Assembly: GCA_964016885.1 (NCBI GenBank)
Contig: OZ024744.1
Span: 48,298,001-48,362,000, forward strand
From: Eledone cirrhosa
Lineage: Eukaryota
Length of the DNA: 64,000 nucleotides
Reading direction: 5' to 3'
This document shows positions 1-13,690 of this stretch, one piece after another. Each line of letters starts with the position of its first letter. Position 1 is the stretch's first letter. The position numbers were made by a program, and so were the translations under genes. The notes under the pieces were generated by a model. That model did not search any database. It was not told the DNA's origin and was given only the letters and a program-made list of their open reading frames with translations.

Positions 1-695
1 GTATCCGAACAGCAATGTTACATGGTAGTGAGACCTGAAGGTGGAAGACTTACGTAGATTAGAAAGAAACAAAGCCTGCATGCTCCGATGGATGTGTAAT
101 AGAAATATACGCAAATGGCAAAGTATAAACAAATTGAGAGAGAGACTAAGAGGAATGAAATGGTGTGTGTTGGAGAGGAGGTTACGTTGGTATGGACATG
201 TGATGCCTATGAAGGCTGACAGATGCATAAAAAGGTGCAGACCACTAGAAGTCGATGGAAGCCGCGGAGTGGGGAGACCCAAGAAGTCCTGGGATGAGGT
301 GATAAAGGCTGACCTTACCCAATTGCACTTCTCAAGGGCAATGACAAATGACCATGACCTCTGGCGTCACACAGTAATACAGAAGACCCGACCTCCCACA
401 GGAAAAAGCCGAAGCTGAAGCATATAGACTATATCCCCCACTGCAAAGTGGTCGTGGAGGTGCCACGGGAAAAAAGCACCCAGCCCACACTGTAAAGTGG
501 ATGTGTAGGCACCACGGAAAAAAAGCACCCAGCATTCACTGTAAATGAGGTTGGTTTTAGGAAGGGCATCCAGCTGTAGAAATCAAGCCAAAATCAGTTC
601 CTGTATGAGCAAGACACTGTCAGCCGACTGGACACTGCCCACAACAGGACAACCCATCTAACCCATGCTAGCGTGGAAGAACGGACGTAAAATAT
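1..695 (+). mobile_element. RTE-clade LINE, 3' end and 3' UTR
   Basis: ORF 41-418 has RTE C-terminal motifs (ERNKACMLRWMC, RRLRWYGHV, GRPKKSW). The 3' UTR has aaaaagcacccagc..cactgtaaa subrepeats and the family tail ttaggaagggcatccag...acccatgctagcgtggaa. Confidence 0.9.
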
Positions 696-2820
696 TTAGG
701 ACTGAATGTTGTGGTACCAACATAACTTTACAGAGGAAGGGATGGTGTAGATAGGGGTGGGGGTAGGGGTAGTGGGACGGGGGGTGTTTTTGGTTAAGAA
801 GTGCCTACTGACCCATACTTTGCATTTGGGACATAAAATGGAGTTTCTGCCTACTCCTTTCCTACACTCTGAGCATGGCCATTTCCCAGAGGGACCCAGA
901 GCCCTATTTTCCTTCCTACATACTAGAACTTTAGTCTTAGACAAGTTAACTTTAAGGCCTTTTGATTCTAGGCCATGCTTCCATGTTTGGAATTTCTTCT
1001 CTAGTTCAGCCATCAATTCAGCTATGAGCATTAGATCATCTGCATATAGAAGTTCCCATGGGCAGCCAGTCTTGAACTCCTCTGTTATAGCCTGAAGGGC
1101 AATAATAAATAGGAGGGGGATAAGGACAGAGCCTTGATGAACGTCAGCTTTTACACTAAATTCTTCACTATATTCGTTGTTAATTCTAACCTTGCTGACT
1201 ATTTCTTTATACATGGCTTGTATAGATCTCACAAGTCATTCATCAACACCTAGTTTTCTAAGAGCCCACCAGATAATGAAGCAGGTGACTCTGTCAAAGG
1301 CTTTCTCTAAGTCAACAAAAGCTAAGTATAGGGGTTTACTTTTAGCTTGGTACTTCTCCTGTAGTTGTCGTACAAGGAAAAGAGCATCTGTGGTACTTTT
1401 ACCTGACACAAAACCAAACTGCATTTCATCTATATCAATTCGCTCTCTGATTAGTTGCGCTATAATTCTTTCTGTGACCTTCATGACCTGGTCAATTAAT
1501 TTAATGTCTCTATAGTTTCCCCTCTCTAAGGCATCTCCTTTACCCTTGTAGCAGTTAATGATGATGCTGGTACACCAGTCATTTGGTATGACCCCATTCT
1601 GTATGACTTGGTTTATTATCCGCGTGTCTCACCGATCCAGATGCTTTCAGCATTTCAGCAACTATCTCCGATGGCCCAGCTGCTTTGCCTGACTTCATAT
1701 CTTTGATTGCCTTACTTATTATACTACCTTCAACTTGCACTGCTGGTCCCTCTATTGAATCGATTGGGGGCAGACTATCTTTTTCCCACTTATTCTCCTC
1801 ATTTAGTAGCCTCTCGTAGTGACACTTTCAAGCTACCTTCTTATCAGCATCAGTGATGGCAAGTATACCATCATACTTCTCCCCGACAATATCATGGTTT
1901 TCCTTGACACATTGTCTAGCAATCCTGAACACCTCATGTTTTTGGTCCTCACATTGTAGAACATGCTTGAACTTTCTTTCCTCTGCTTCCCTTCTTGCAA
2001 AGTACACTTGTCTCCTAGCTCCCCTCCTGGCTACTTGATAGTGTTCTCTACTTCCCCCATCCCGCCATACTTTCCAAGCTTGCTTTTTGGCCTTGATTGA
2101 CTCCTCCACCTTACTGTTCCACCACCATGTTACTCTCCTCCTGCCTATAGGTCTGCTCCAGCCACAGGTTTCATCTGTTGCCTTCAGCAGGTTAACTTTC
2201 AGGAATTCCCACTGTTCCTCTATACTGTACGTCTCTAATTGCTCTTCCTTACTGTCAAAAGCATCAAGTAATATGCTTTTAAATTTGTTACTGGCTGTGG
2301 GGTCCTTTAACTTCCATATTCTTCTTCTCAGGGTAGTCCTCCTCTGTTGTCGAGTACGTCTCGTCCTGACTATGAGGTTACTAACTATGAGGCTATGTTG
2401 GGAGGTCCATTCTTCACGGGGGAGGGATGTAGTCTTTACAACACTTTGGTTGGATATAATCTATCTGACTGGCGTGTTACCCTGATCTATAGGTGATCAA
2501 GTGATTGTCTCGTTTTTTGAAGTTTGTGTTACAGATAGTTAGGTTATTAGCGTCACAGAATTCCAGGAATCTGAATCCTTCCTCATTTCTAGTACCAAAC
2601 CCGTAGCCTCCATGGATTCCGTCATAGCCATCACAATGTTGTCCAACACGACCATTTAGGTCGCCAGCAATAATTATGTAGTCACTATCGGTTAGTTGGG
2701 AGGTAGTGAGCATTAGCGACTCATAGAACCTGTCTTTTATAACGCCAGGCAGTCCGGATTGGGGTGCATAAGCGGATATTATTGTCACAGTAGTTCTAAT
2801 TAGGACAAGTCTTATTTTGA
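696..2820 (-). mobile_element. Degenerate RTE LINE (APE endonuclease + RT) with internal deletion
   Basis: ORFs 2477-2788 (SAYAPQ, AGDLNG, N..G: APE), 1236-1484 (QFGF..GKSTTDA, FVDLEKAFD) and 696-1232 (HQGSVL.P, LLYADD). The RT is fused directly to 3' UTR sequence near 810. Confidence 0.92.
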
Positions 2821-3038
2821 TTATTCATATATATGTATATATAATATATATATATATATATATAATTGAATATAAAAGAAAGACGAACACAGATATATAC
2901 ATATATGTGTTCAAACCGTAAGGGACCAGATTCGCTAAGGTGAAAAGAATACTAACTATAGACAATAGGGTTTGCCTGACTCAATTTAAGAATAATTCAA
3001 GAAAATAAATACAAACCGGAATTGTGGTAACTACCAAT

Positions 3039-3114
3039 CACCCAGACAGCTTTTGGTGCTGTTTCGCAATATTAATTGTGAATAGGAATGGCAATTCTTG
3101 CTCATCAGTGGGTG
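3039..3114 (-). ncRNA. Type I hammerhead ribozyme
   Basis: CACCCA-CTGATGA-GCAA..TTGC-GAAA-CAGC..GCTG-TC-TGGGTG. All three stems pair, canonical core, GUC cleavage site. Confidence 0.9.
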
Positions 3115-3275
3115 AAGAATTAGGATCCTAGACACTTCTAAGTATATTTAGAAACTGAATAGTGTGCATATGTATAACAACGCACATGGTATCTGAACTT
3201 AGAGCGTCTCACAAACTTACACCACTAAAAATAGCAACCAGGTTTATTCGACATTTGAATTAGCTCAACAAATTA

Positions 3276-3353
3276 ACCCACTGATGAGCAAGAATTGGCA
3301 TTCCTATTCACAATTAATTTTGCGAAACAGCAGTACCAAAAGCTGTCTGGGTG
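3276..3353 (+). ncRNA. Type I hammerhead ribozyme
   Basis: ACCCA-CTGATGA-GCAA..TTGC-GAAA-CAGC..GCTG-TC-TGGGT; inverted copy of 3039-3114. Confidence 0.9.
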
Positions 3354-3613
3354 ATAGGTAGTTACCACAATTCCGGTTTGTATTTATTTTCTTGAATTAT
3401 TCTTAAATTGAGACAGACAAACCCTATTGTCTATAGTTAGTATTCTTTTCACCTTAGCGAATCTGGTCCCTTACGATTTGAACACATATATGTATATATA
3501 TGTGTTCGTCTTTCTTTTATATTCAATTATAATATACGGCTCAGAAATATCTCTTTCTTAGAGCTATTTTATTGTAAGAGACTATTTTGAGTTTCTAACT
3601 CAATATATACCTT

Positions 3614-3654
<41 letters not shown>

Positions 3655-3656
<2 letters not shown>

Positions 3657-4751
3657 TACAAATGGCAAAAGAACAGGCAGGATTCAAGCCAAAAGGAAGT
3701 ACAACAGATCAGATATTTAACATCAGACTTCTCACTGAGAAACACCTGCAGCACCAATCTGACTTCTATTATAATTTCATTGATTTAAAAAAAAACCTTT
3801 GACCATGTTTGGTATGAGGGTTTGTGGAAGGTGATGAAGGATTACAACTTTGACACCAACCTCATTAAAGTAATCAAATCACCTTGTGACAACTGAAAGA
3901 GTGCAGTTCTCCTGAATAACAACATTGGAGAATTCTTTAAGACAAAAGTGGGAGGTCAACAAGGTGTCTCCTTTTTCCAGTACTTTTCAACATCTTCCTG
4001 TAAATAACACACAAGAGACTCTCCAAGACTTCCACACTTCAGTTTCCATTGGAGGAAGGTCCATTTCCAACCTGTGATTTTCTGATGACATTGATCTCTT
4101 AGAAAGCAGTGAAGCAGAACTCCAGGAGCTCACTACCAGACTGGAAAAACTATCAGGAGCATATAGAATGGAGATCAGCTCAGAAAAGAGCAGGATTCTG
4201 GTTAATAGTAATAATCAGAATTCAGCAACCAACATCATGCTGAACAGAGGAAAACTTGGAGAATTCAACACCAACACATACCAAGGATCCACTCTGACCA
4301 AAGATGGCGGATCACAAAAGGAAATGCTGACAAGATTCACCCTAGTCACTACTTACTGCCATGGTAAAGTTGAATGTCATATGGAAAAGCAACTTTATCA
4401 GTTTTTCAACAAAACTCAAACTATGCAGGTCCTTGGTGACTTTGGTTCTTTTGTATGAGAGCTGGACTCTCAGAGCTGGTATGGAATGAAGAATACAGTC
4501 ATTTGAACACAAGTACTTCAGAAGGTTGCTACACATCCCATACATGGAGCACAAAACAAACAGCTTTGTCAGTCAGCAAGTTAACAAATATGTTGGTAGA
4601 CAGGAACCACTCTTTGTGATAGTGAAAAGATGAAAACTTACCTGGTATGGTTACGTATCCTGCCAAAGCTCCTTGTCAAAAACCATCCTCCAGGGCACAG
4701 TCGACGAAGGACAAAGAAGAGGCAAAGAAAAACCTGGTCTAACAACATTAA

Positions 4752-4752
<1 letters not shown>
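3655..4752 (+). mobile_element. Degenerate non-LTR RT fragment (second RTE-like family)
   Basis: Translates QAGFKP..STTDQIFNIRLL.EK, F.DDIDLL, MEISSEKSRILVN; frameshifted; ends in (GA)n. Confidence 0.8.
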
Positions 4753-4825
<73 letters not shown>

Positions 4826-5149
4826 ATGTATGTGTGCACGTGCACATATTGATGGAGGTATACACAAAAGCATAAACAAAATGTTCATGAGTAATATAAT
4901 TATATAAGTGTCACTATGACTATTTTATGCTCAAACATGTCACAGCTATCTTAGTAGCCAAGTGAGAAGGACACACTTAGGTGATTCAGGTTTCTTTATC
5001 CATCATCATGTCTACTCAGCCACTACTCAGACACACGAATAAGCTATAGCTTATATACATTTATTTTGTATATAAAATATATACATATAAAATGTAAACA
5101 GTAAGAGCCCATAAGAAACAAGTTCCATTGAATGCTCAAATGGTTTCCT

Positions 5150-6525
5150 AGACATAGTTGACAGTTTTTATTACCTAGGGTGCAAATTATCAGATGAGAT
5201 GGATATTCTGAAAGTAGAATAGCCAGGATAAAGACTGGTTGGAAAAAGTTGAGGGTTTTTCTACCACAGCAGTCTACAAAGTGCCTCTCTTTCAGAGTGA
5301 TAGGGGGAAAATCTTATGATGTGTGTGAGACTTGGGCTTTGTGTACAGAGGATTTACAAAGATTGCCAAGAAACAAAGCAAGCATGCTTTTATAGATGTG
5401 TAACTGTAGTATACATGAGCAACAAAGCATGAATGAGCTGAGAGAGAAACTGGACGCAAGAGAAATCTGATGTAGTGTGAAGGAGAGGAAACTATGCTGG
5501 TGTGTACAGGTAATATCTATGAAGGATGACAGCTGCATAAAAAATTCAGAGCACTTGAAGTTTGTAGAACCTCTGGAAGGAGACGGACTAGGAAAACTTA
5601 GGACAATGTGGTGAAGTTAGATGAAGGAGATGACCTAGGATCGAAATAATGATGTACCGTAGGAGACTTGCCTTACCATACAACCAGGATGAAATGAACA
5701 TTTAGTGGATGGCCCCCATCTACTGGTATGTTATTGTCTACCTTCCTCTACCTTGTTCCCAATCACCCACATTATCTAACCCCTACCCACCTACCAGTAT
5801 GTTCTTGTCTATCTTCCTCTATCTTGTTCCCATTCACCCCACACTATTTAAACCCCTTCCTTAGTCCATTCCGTTACAAACCAATTTCTCCCCTCATCCA
5901 ACCCATGCCAATATGGAAAATCAGGGTGACCAATCTCTCTCCGCTTCACTCATTTCTCCAAATCACATGATCCACTCAACCCAGGTCCCCAATACACCTT
6001 CACCATCCAACCCATGCCAACATGGAAAACAATATAATGCCAGACACCTCCCCACCCATGGTGGTATGTCCTTCCCCTCCCGACATGCAGTATATAGCCA
6101 CACCACCCACCATTCTTACTTTTCAATCTTATCTATGCCTCTTTGTTCTGACCAAGGGCACAATGAACATCCTATCTATTGAAAGTAAAGAGATAATACC
6201 GGTGCCATGTAAAAATGCACCCAGCCCACACTGTAAAATTGTAGTGTTGGTGCCATTATAAAAAGCATCCTATCTGCACTGTAAACTTGTAGTGAATATA
6301 TGAGCAGCTAGTCCACCCTGATAGGTGGTAGTGCCAAAGTCACAATAAAGTGCTCCCAGTACAGGATGTAAAGTGGTTGACATTAGGAAGGGCATACAGC
6401 TATTCAAACCAAGCTAAAAACAGAGTGTATGAGCAAGATGTAGTCACCTCACAAGTCTAGCCTCAGTATGTAAACAACCCATCTAACCCAGCTTGTATGG
6501 AAAATAACCATTCAATTATGATGAT
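5150..6525 (+). mobile_element. Degenerate RTE 3' fragment with 3' UTR
   Basis: Similar to 1-695 (gagaggaaactatgctggtgt, ttaggaagggcatacagc, (tga)n tail). Confidence 0.75.
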
Positions 6526-6589
6526 AAATATATATATATAGACTAGTCAGGTGACTACATCTTGCTCATACACTCTGTGTATATATATA

Positions 6590-6674
<85 letters not shown>

Positions 6675-6689
6675 ACACATACATTTTAA

Positions 6690-7100
6690 ATCTATCGTGA
6701 GTCAAATCATTCAGCAAAAACATAATTAGCCAAGGGTGGGAAAAATTGGGGAAGAATCTAGAGATAAGCTCTCAAATTTCAATCCTCCAGTATCTAAGTC
6801 AGATCTGTCAACGTTTAAAATATATCAGACACTGAATAGTATTAATAAACAAAGACTATGTTGGTTACGAATGGGCCATATACCCTTGAACTATATTTTA
6901 TCAAGAACAGGTCATATAGAATCACTTCCATGTTCTTGTGGAGCCTACCCAGAAACTCTATGGCACTATTTATTTCAATGTAGAAAAAAAACTATTATTC
7001 TGAGAGAGGGAACATCTTGAAGCTGGTCTTTAAATAACTACCAAGATTCGAGGTGCATTATCTGTAAATATGGAGGCTTCATAAAGATTCTACAACAAAC
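6690..7100 (+). mobile_element. I/Nimb-type LINE 3' end fragment
   Basis: RLCWLRMGH..LN....CSCG..ETLWHYLFQC is the C-terminal CCHC zinc-knuckle pattern of I-group LINEs. Confidence 0.7.
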
Positions 7101-7149
7101 TTTTAGCTGCTATATAGAGGTCCTTGTTTTCTCCCTTTATATATATATA

Positions 7150-7325
7150 ATGAAGGAGGTGTGGTAAGGAACCTGATGGACCATAACGCACCAGAGTACT
7201 CAATACTTAGGGTAGTAGAGTGGGTAATAGGAAAATGTTTGACCCAGACGGCAGAGCTCAAGCCATCCAGAAATAGCCATCGAAACGGCTTGAGCTCTGC
7301 CGTCGGGGTCAAACATTTTCCTATA
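7150..7325. mobile_element. Short PLE-type hairpin element (family B; also 35619-35813, 47201-47400, 48067-48213, 38055-38175)
   Basis: Shared ~75-bp arm followed by an inverted repeat containing the hammerhead 3' half GAAA-CGGC..GCCG-TC-GGGGTC; sits in (TA)n. Confidence 0.7.
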
Positions 7326-8049
7326 TATATATGTATATATATATATATATGCTTCTTTTGCCTTCTGAAGTCCTTGTTTCTTAATTATATGGGATATTAG
7401 ATATGTCTTCTAGTCTGCCATAGCTTACTAGTTCTATACGGACGTTTAAATTGATTAAATAAATAAATATATTATGTGTATATATATATATATGGAGTTC
7501 CCACATAACACTGTTTTTGCCACTAACTAACTGATTGTGTGCACTCTGATATACAGACTTGTACTGGGAAATACAGGTTCTTTAAAATCATTGAGCAAGT
7601 GGAAAATTTGGTGGGCTAGCACGAATTCAATTTGTCTAAACAAGCAAGCCACACTACATGTGATGGTGTCCCTCTCTCAAGGCCAGCCATAGAAAGATAA
7701 GATTTTATTTCTACCTATATTTTGAACTAATTACTCCATTCAGTAAAATTTCAATTTTCCATTCTTTTTCGAGGTTCCCCATTTGCTTACTTTGGCTCTA
7801 TCGGCTCCATATACCGCCCACCCACCCCCTCTCCACCACCTTCCAGTTAATTGTTTTATGATATTGTCTTACAACCCCTTATTTCTATGACCTTATCGTC
7901 TGTTGCTTTCCTCCTTCACTTACCCTGTTACATCATCAAGGTTGATTGCTACCCTCTAGCATCATCAAGCAGCCGCACAGTCTTTTCCACTTTCAGGTAC
8001 ATCGAACTTCTACCCAAGGAAGTTAAAACAACTGTCAAGGTACAAACCT

Positions 8050-10850
8050 TATGACTGCCACCCTCAATGTTGGCACCCTGAAAGGTAAATCAGGTGAAAT
8101 TATGGAGCTGTTAGAGGGAAGAGTAGTAGATGTATGCTGTGTACAAGAAGTGAGATAGAGGGGTGCCTCAGTGAGACTACTCACAGGCAAATACAATAGA
8201 TACAAACTTTATTGGGTAGGAAGTGAGATGGAGTAGGAGGTGTAGGCATCTTACAAGCTGAGAAATGGATAGATAAGGTGATAGAGGTAGTTAGAGGAAG
8301 TGACAGAATCATAAAGCTTAGAATATCTGTAGGAAATAGAATGGTGACAAATACATCTACTTATGCTCCACTGGCAGAACTAAGTAAAGAACAAAAGGAC
8401 AGGTTTTGTGAGGAACTTTTACTGATGAAAAGGAACTTATCATCTTGGTAGGCAACTTCAATGGATGTGGTGCAGCACCAGGACCGACTCTGTGGAATTC
8501 ACGGTGGCTATGGTTATGGCTCAAGAAATAAAGAAGGAATGGGGCCTCTGAAATTCTGTGACATGAATGAACTAACCATTTGCATGAACTAATACAAATT
8601 TCAGGAACTCAGCCACCTGGTTTGATATCAATCAGGTGAACATACAAGCCAGATTAATTACTTACTCATAAGATGATGAGATAAACAGACTGTAATAAAT
8701 ATGAAGGACTTTCCTGGAGAAGAATGCTCTGCTCAACACAAGTTAGTTATTAGCGACATCAAAATAAACACAAACCTGAACAAGATACAGAGAAAAGTAT
8801 GGAGATGGATGGTTTGGAAGCTAAAGGACCTTTTAGTTAAAAAGGTTTAGAAAGGCTCTACAGGATGCAGTAGATGAGAGGGGTGATGAGCTAGGTACAT
8901 ATAACATAGAGGACAAGTGGAAATTCTTGCATGACAACATTTTGCAAACTACTGACGAGACTTGTGCCTGTTAGACGACAAGTATACACAGCTTGGCCAA
9001 CATCTTAGGACTTGAGGATCAGAGAGATGATGTGTTCTGCATCACAAGACAGTGTGTCAATATAAATCAGGATGTTGTTCAGGAAAAGAGTGTTAAAAAT
9101 TACAAGTGAATTTAGCACCACTGATGCTCAAAATGTTACTATGAGAGATTAATGAATGCAGAGAATAAATGGGAAGAGGAGAAACTACCCCTAACATAAG
9201 GACCAGCTATTGAAATATATAGTTGTAGGGTTAAAGAAGCAATCATAGAGATGAAGAACAGTAGAGCTGTGGGACATTCAGAGATAGTTGCTGAAGTGCT
9301 AAAAACATTGGGTGAAATAGGAATCTAATAGCCCACATAATCAATCAAGTAATACAGGACTGAGTCGTACCCAATGACTGGTGCAGCTGTACAAACATAA
9401 ATTACTACAAGGGCAAAGGTAATGCCCTAGAGAGGAGCAACTGTAGAGGAATAAAACTAATGGACCAAGTTATGAAAGTGTTTGAAAGAGTTATAGAGCA
9501 ACTAATTAGAGTAAGGGTCAAATTAGATGAGATGCAGTTTAGTTTCATGCCTGGGAAAGGTACTACAGACGCCCTCATTTTAGTGAGGTAACTACAAGGG
9601 AAGTTCTTTGTCAAATATAAGCCACTATATTTAGCTTTTGTTGATCTAGAAAAAACATTTGGCAGAATATCTCAATCCAGTATCTGGTGGTCCTTAAGGA
9701 AATTAGGGGTAGAAAAATGGATGGTGTGAGTAGTGCAAGCTTTTACAGAGGAGCTGTCAGTAAAGTGAGTGTAGGAAGTGAGTTTAGTCAGGAATTAAAG
9801 GTACAGGTAAGAGTTCAACAATGTTCGGTTCTTAGCCCATTGCTGTTCAGCATAGTTCTCCAAGCTATAACTGGCTGCCTATGTGAACTTCTCTATGCAA
9901 AATTCTATAGCCAAATTCTTCAAAGATTTAGAAAATAAATTCTGACTATGGAAATAGTATTTGGAATCAAAAGGTTTGAGGGTGCTGGAAAGTAGGAAAG
10001 AAGATAAGACGCTGATCCCTTCAGGGAAGTGGCCCTGTTCAACATGTAGAAAGAGAGTAGGCATAAACTCCATATAATGTACACAATGTAAATCTTGAGT
10101 ACACCAGAGATGAAATAGGATAACAAGTAGACCAACAAGAAAAAAAACTTTGTATGTAGAAGATACAAAGGGGTAACCAAGGGGAATATAGCCAGTGATG
10201 TAAACCTATTCCAGTCACAGGAAGTACCCATAGACATGTTGATAGCTTCTGCTATCTAGGTGACATAATTAGTAATGGAATGGAGGGGGTGATCTGAGAA
10301 CATAATAGCTAGAATAAGGATAGGATAGAAAAAGTTTAGAGAGCTACTACCACTGTTGACAACAAAAGGTTTCTCTCTACACCTGTGTGTGAAGTGCAAT
10401 GCTGCATAGTAGTGAAACATGGGCTATGATTGCAGAAGATATTCATTGACTGGAGAGAATTGAAGTAACCATGCTTTGTTAGATGAACAATATAAGGGAG
10501 ACAGAAAGGCAGAGCTTGGATGAGTTGAGGGAGAAGCTGGATTTAAGAGAAATCTGAGATGGTATGCAGGAGAGTACATGTGATGCATTTGTATGTACAT
10601 GTGATGTGCATAGACGATGATCGGTGGGTGAAGATGTGCCAGGAAATGCCAGTGGAAGGAAGCCACAGTTGAGGTAGACCAAGAAAGACCTGGGCTGAGG
10701 TTGTGAGAGCTGACTTAACATCACTAAAACTCACAGAGGAGATGACAAAGGATTGCGACAAGTGGAGAGATGCCATGCTGAGTAGGACCTGTCCAACCCA
10801 TGCAAGTGTAGAAAAATGGATGTAAAAATGATGAGGACGATGATGTATAT
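8050..10850 (+). mobile_element. Near full-length, heavily degenerate RTE LINE
   Basis: Begins NVGTLKGKSGE..VDVCCVQE (APE), continues through RT motifs (FVDLEKTF, SVLSPLLF) and ends with acccatgcaagtgtagaaaaatggatgtaaaatgatg; many stops. Confidence 0.88.
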
Positions 10851-11639
10851 CGTCGTCATGTTGGCGGAACTCATTGCTGAGTATTGGGATGCTCATCGAT
10901 TTTTCCTTCTGTGTGAAATGATTTCTATGTTGGATCTGAAGAGATGTCGGCATCCATAACATGGTAGGGTAGAGGGTTCAAGGGATGGAAAGCTCTTTCT
11001 TTACTTTGTTCTCTGTTCATCTCTTCTATTTGCCTTCTGGTGTTTTCGAAGGAGGTTTTTTTTCATGGATTGTTCTTCTCCAATTGGTTCTTTCTGCAGC
11101 TTCCGGCTCACAATTGATCGGATCAATTTCTGTCTTCAGCAAGGTGTTTTGAACTGATTCTTGAATTGATGATATGGAGCTACATGTGGTCACCTGCCAG
11201 ATGCAAGCTCTAAGAAGAGGATTTGTCTGGGTAGGCAGATGGGTTTAGGTAAGTCTGGCATTTAGGCAAGGTGTCCAGCCCATCGAAATTGGTAGTAAGT
11301 CATGATGGTTTCTAGGCTCTCCATCTAGCTTGTATCCCTCACCCCCACCCAATGGATATTTTGGCAATAGATAAACTTTGGTGACATGACAAAAATCACC
11401 CAACCCATATTGTAAATTAGTTGTGTGAGTGTTACAACAAAAAGTGCTTTGTCCATACTATTAAGTGGTCATGTAGGTGACATGACAAAAAATGCCCAGT
11501 CCACACTGTAAAGAAGTCATGTAGCTGTCCTGACAAAAAGCACCCAGTACACACCGGAAATGTGGTTGGCGTTAGGAATGGCATCCAGTTGTAGAAACCA
11601 AATCAGAGCCAGTTCTGTATAAGCAAGACATGGTCCTTC

Positions 11640-11810
11640 AAGACAACCTTCAGTATGTGATTTGATAAGAAAAACGAAATCAGTTTGAAAATCCGTCCAG
11701 AAACACAATAAACCCTCAACTTATGAAGAAGTTTAATGTGCCAAATGTTGTCAAAAGCCTTAGAAATATTCAAGCTAACTGCCCTAGATTCACCAGGGCT
11801 TCTCACATTT
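11640..11810 (-). mobile_element. CR1/Jockey-group RT fragment
   Basis: GESRAVSL.ISKAFDNIWH..LLHKL..Y (RT subdomain). Confidence 0.7.
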
Positions 11811-13199
11811 TCTTTTTTCTTTCAGCCCAAACAAAGTAATAAAGCCACTAAAATGCAAGGGTTACTGAGAAGGGAGAAGGACAAGACAGAGAGAACATAA
11901 TCCCAAGCAGGCAATAAAGCCACTAAAATACAAGGGGTTACTGATAAAGAGCAAGGACAAGACAGTGAGAATATAATTCAAGGAAGGAGAAGATGACAAT
12001 TGATGTTGCTTATAAATGTTTGCAAATTGTAGTGGGCCAGGAAAGCAAGAAGCCAGAAGAGAATTTCATTGGCAAGATATGGGAGGGAAGAAACTATCAG
12101 AATAAGATTTATGATTGTATTAAGGAATTTTAACTGTAAATGGATGGAACCTACCCTTCAATCTAGTGCTCTACTTAAACTCATGAAAATGAGGCAACAA
12201 AGAGGAAAGCTCATCAGAACAATTTCTATGAAAATATTTGTAGAAAAAGAGCGGCAACATATCAACAATGTGATAGTGAACAAAGCTGACATAAGTTAGA
12301 TCCAATAATGTTGACAATTCTTCTTTGGATTTTATCTAGTCTCCCAATGTGCATGGCAGAAACACCAGGTTAGATATGGCAACAGTACTCAGAACAAGTG
12401 GTAGATTTATAAAGATGTAAGATTTATAAAGATCTAAGGCAAATGGTAGATTTATAAAGATGTAAGGTATTTTCATGTGACAAAATATTTCTGGCACGAC
12501 AGAGAAAACCAACTTTCTGAGCAGTAGATTTGGTAATCGATGCATGCTCACATATCGAGGAGGGTGAAGTTGCTACATACACATACCCTGCACATTATCA
12601 TCATCATCATCGTTATTATCATCATCATGTACATCAATTTTCCAACCTCTCATGTGTTAGATGGGCTGTTATTCTCTGAAGATAGACAGGTTGGTCAGAT
12701 GACTGTGTCTTGCTCATTTTGGCATAATTTCTATGGCTAGATGCCCTTCCTAATGCCAACCACTTCACGGCATGTACTAGGCGGGTTGGACTGAGTGCTT
12801 TTTTTTGTTTTGTTTTTTGTGGCACCAGCACTACCACTTTACAGTGGCTGTATTTTATGGTAGTACCAGTACTATCATATTTCAGCAGTAGTATGCTTAC
12901 ATCTGAGAATGGGATTTGTCCACATTGTGGGGTGGTATGTGACATTAGGATAAGTAAGTAACATTTGGTAGTATAGTGGTGGGTAAGCATGACTTTCCAT
13001 GCTGGCACGGTTGTGCATGGAAAAGGAAGGGGAATTAGGAGATAAAACTAAAAGAAAAATAACTGAATGAGTGGCCAAGCCTTCACTTACTAATTAATGC
13101 ATTACAGTCATTTGTGCATCAGCATGCTATAGTCCTTCCTCTGTCTCATTACTGTAGTAGTGTGCTGGTGCCACTACAAAAACATCTGGTCTACATTTC

Positions 13200-13690
13200 T
13201 TTTTATAGAACTTTGATTTGGGAAGTGTTTAGGAGCTTCATCCCAGTTCAAACTCAGTGCTGATCATCCATGTATAGGATCCACTTTTCATTGCATATCA
13301 CAATGTAATCAAGAAGTGGATAATTTTTCTTTTGCAAAAGTGAAGAGCAGTCTTCATAAAGACAATTTTTCTGGTTTTCTTTCAATTCATGTGACATTCA
13401 TTTTCAAGCTTCTTCAACTTTTCAATTTGGTTCAAATTTTCAGAAATTATTCCAATGCTCTTCTGCAAGCTGTTGAACAGTTTTGTGAGGATTTGCTTCC
13501 TCCAAAGCCTTCAATTCATCTTTATGAATTTACCATGATGGAATGTTTTAAATTAACATTGCACTGAACATTCCTTACTGTTTCTTTGGCCCCCAAACTT
13601 CATTGATGTTTATAGTCATTTGTGATGTACTGATGTCGAGTTTAGACTCATTTTACAGAAATCCTGTTTTGCCATCTAAATTTCAAAGAT
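13200..13690 (-). pseudogene. Degenerate mariner transposase relic
   Basis: Minus-strand translation gives NINEVWG, LKALEEANP.KTVQQLA and IVIC.EKWILY (mariner HTH and TCDEKW-like motif); many stops and frameshifts. Confidence 0.7.

Larger units (their letters stand above)
2861..3615. mobile_element. Penelope-like pseudo-LTR inverted repeat (arms ~2861-3114 / ~3276-3531, plus a tail)
   Basis: ~250-bp near-perfect inverted repeat flanked by (TA)n; each arm contains a hammerhead motif. Confidence 0.8.
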
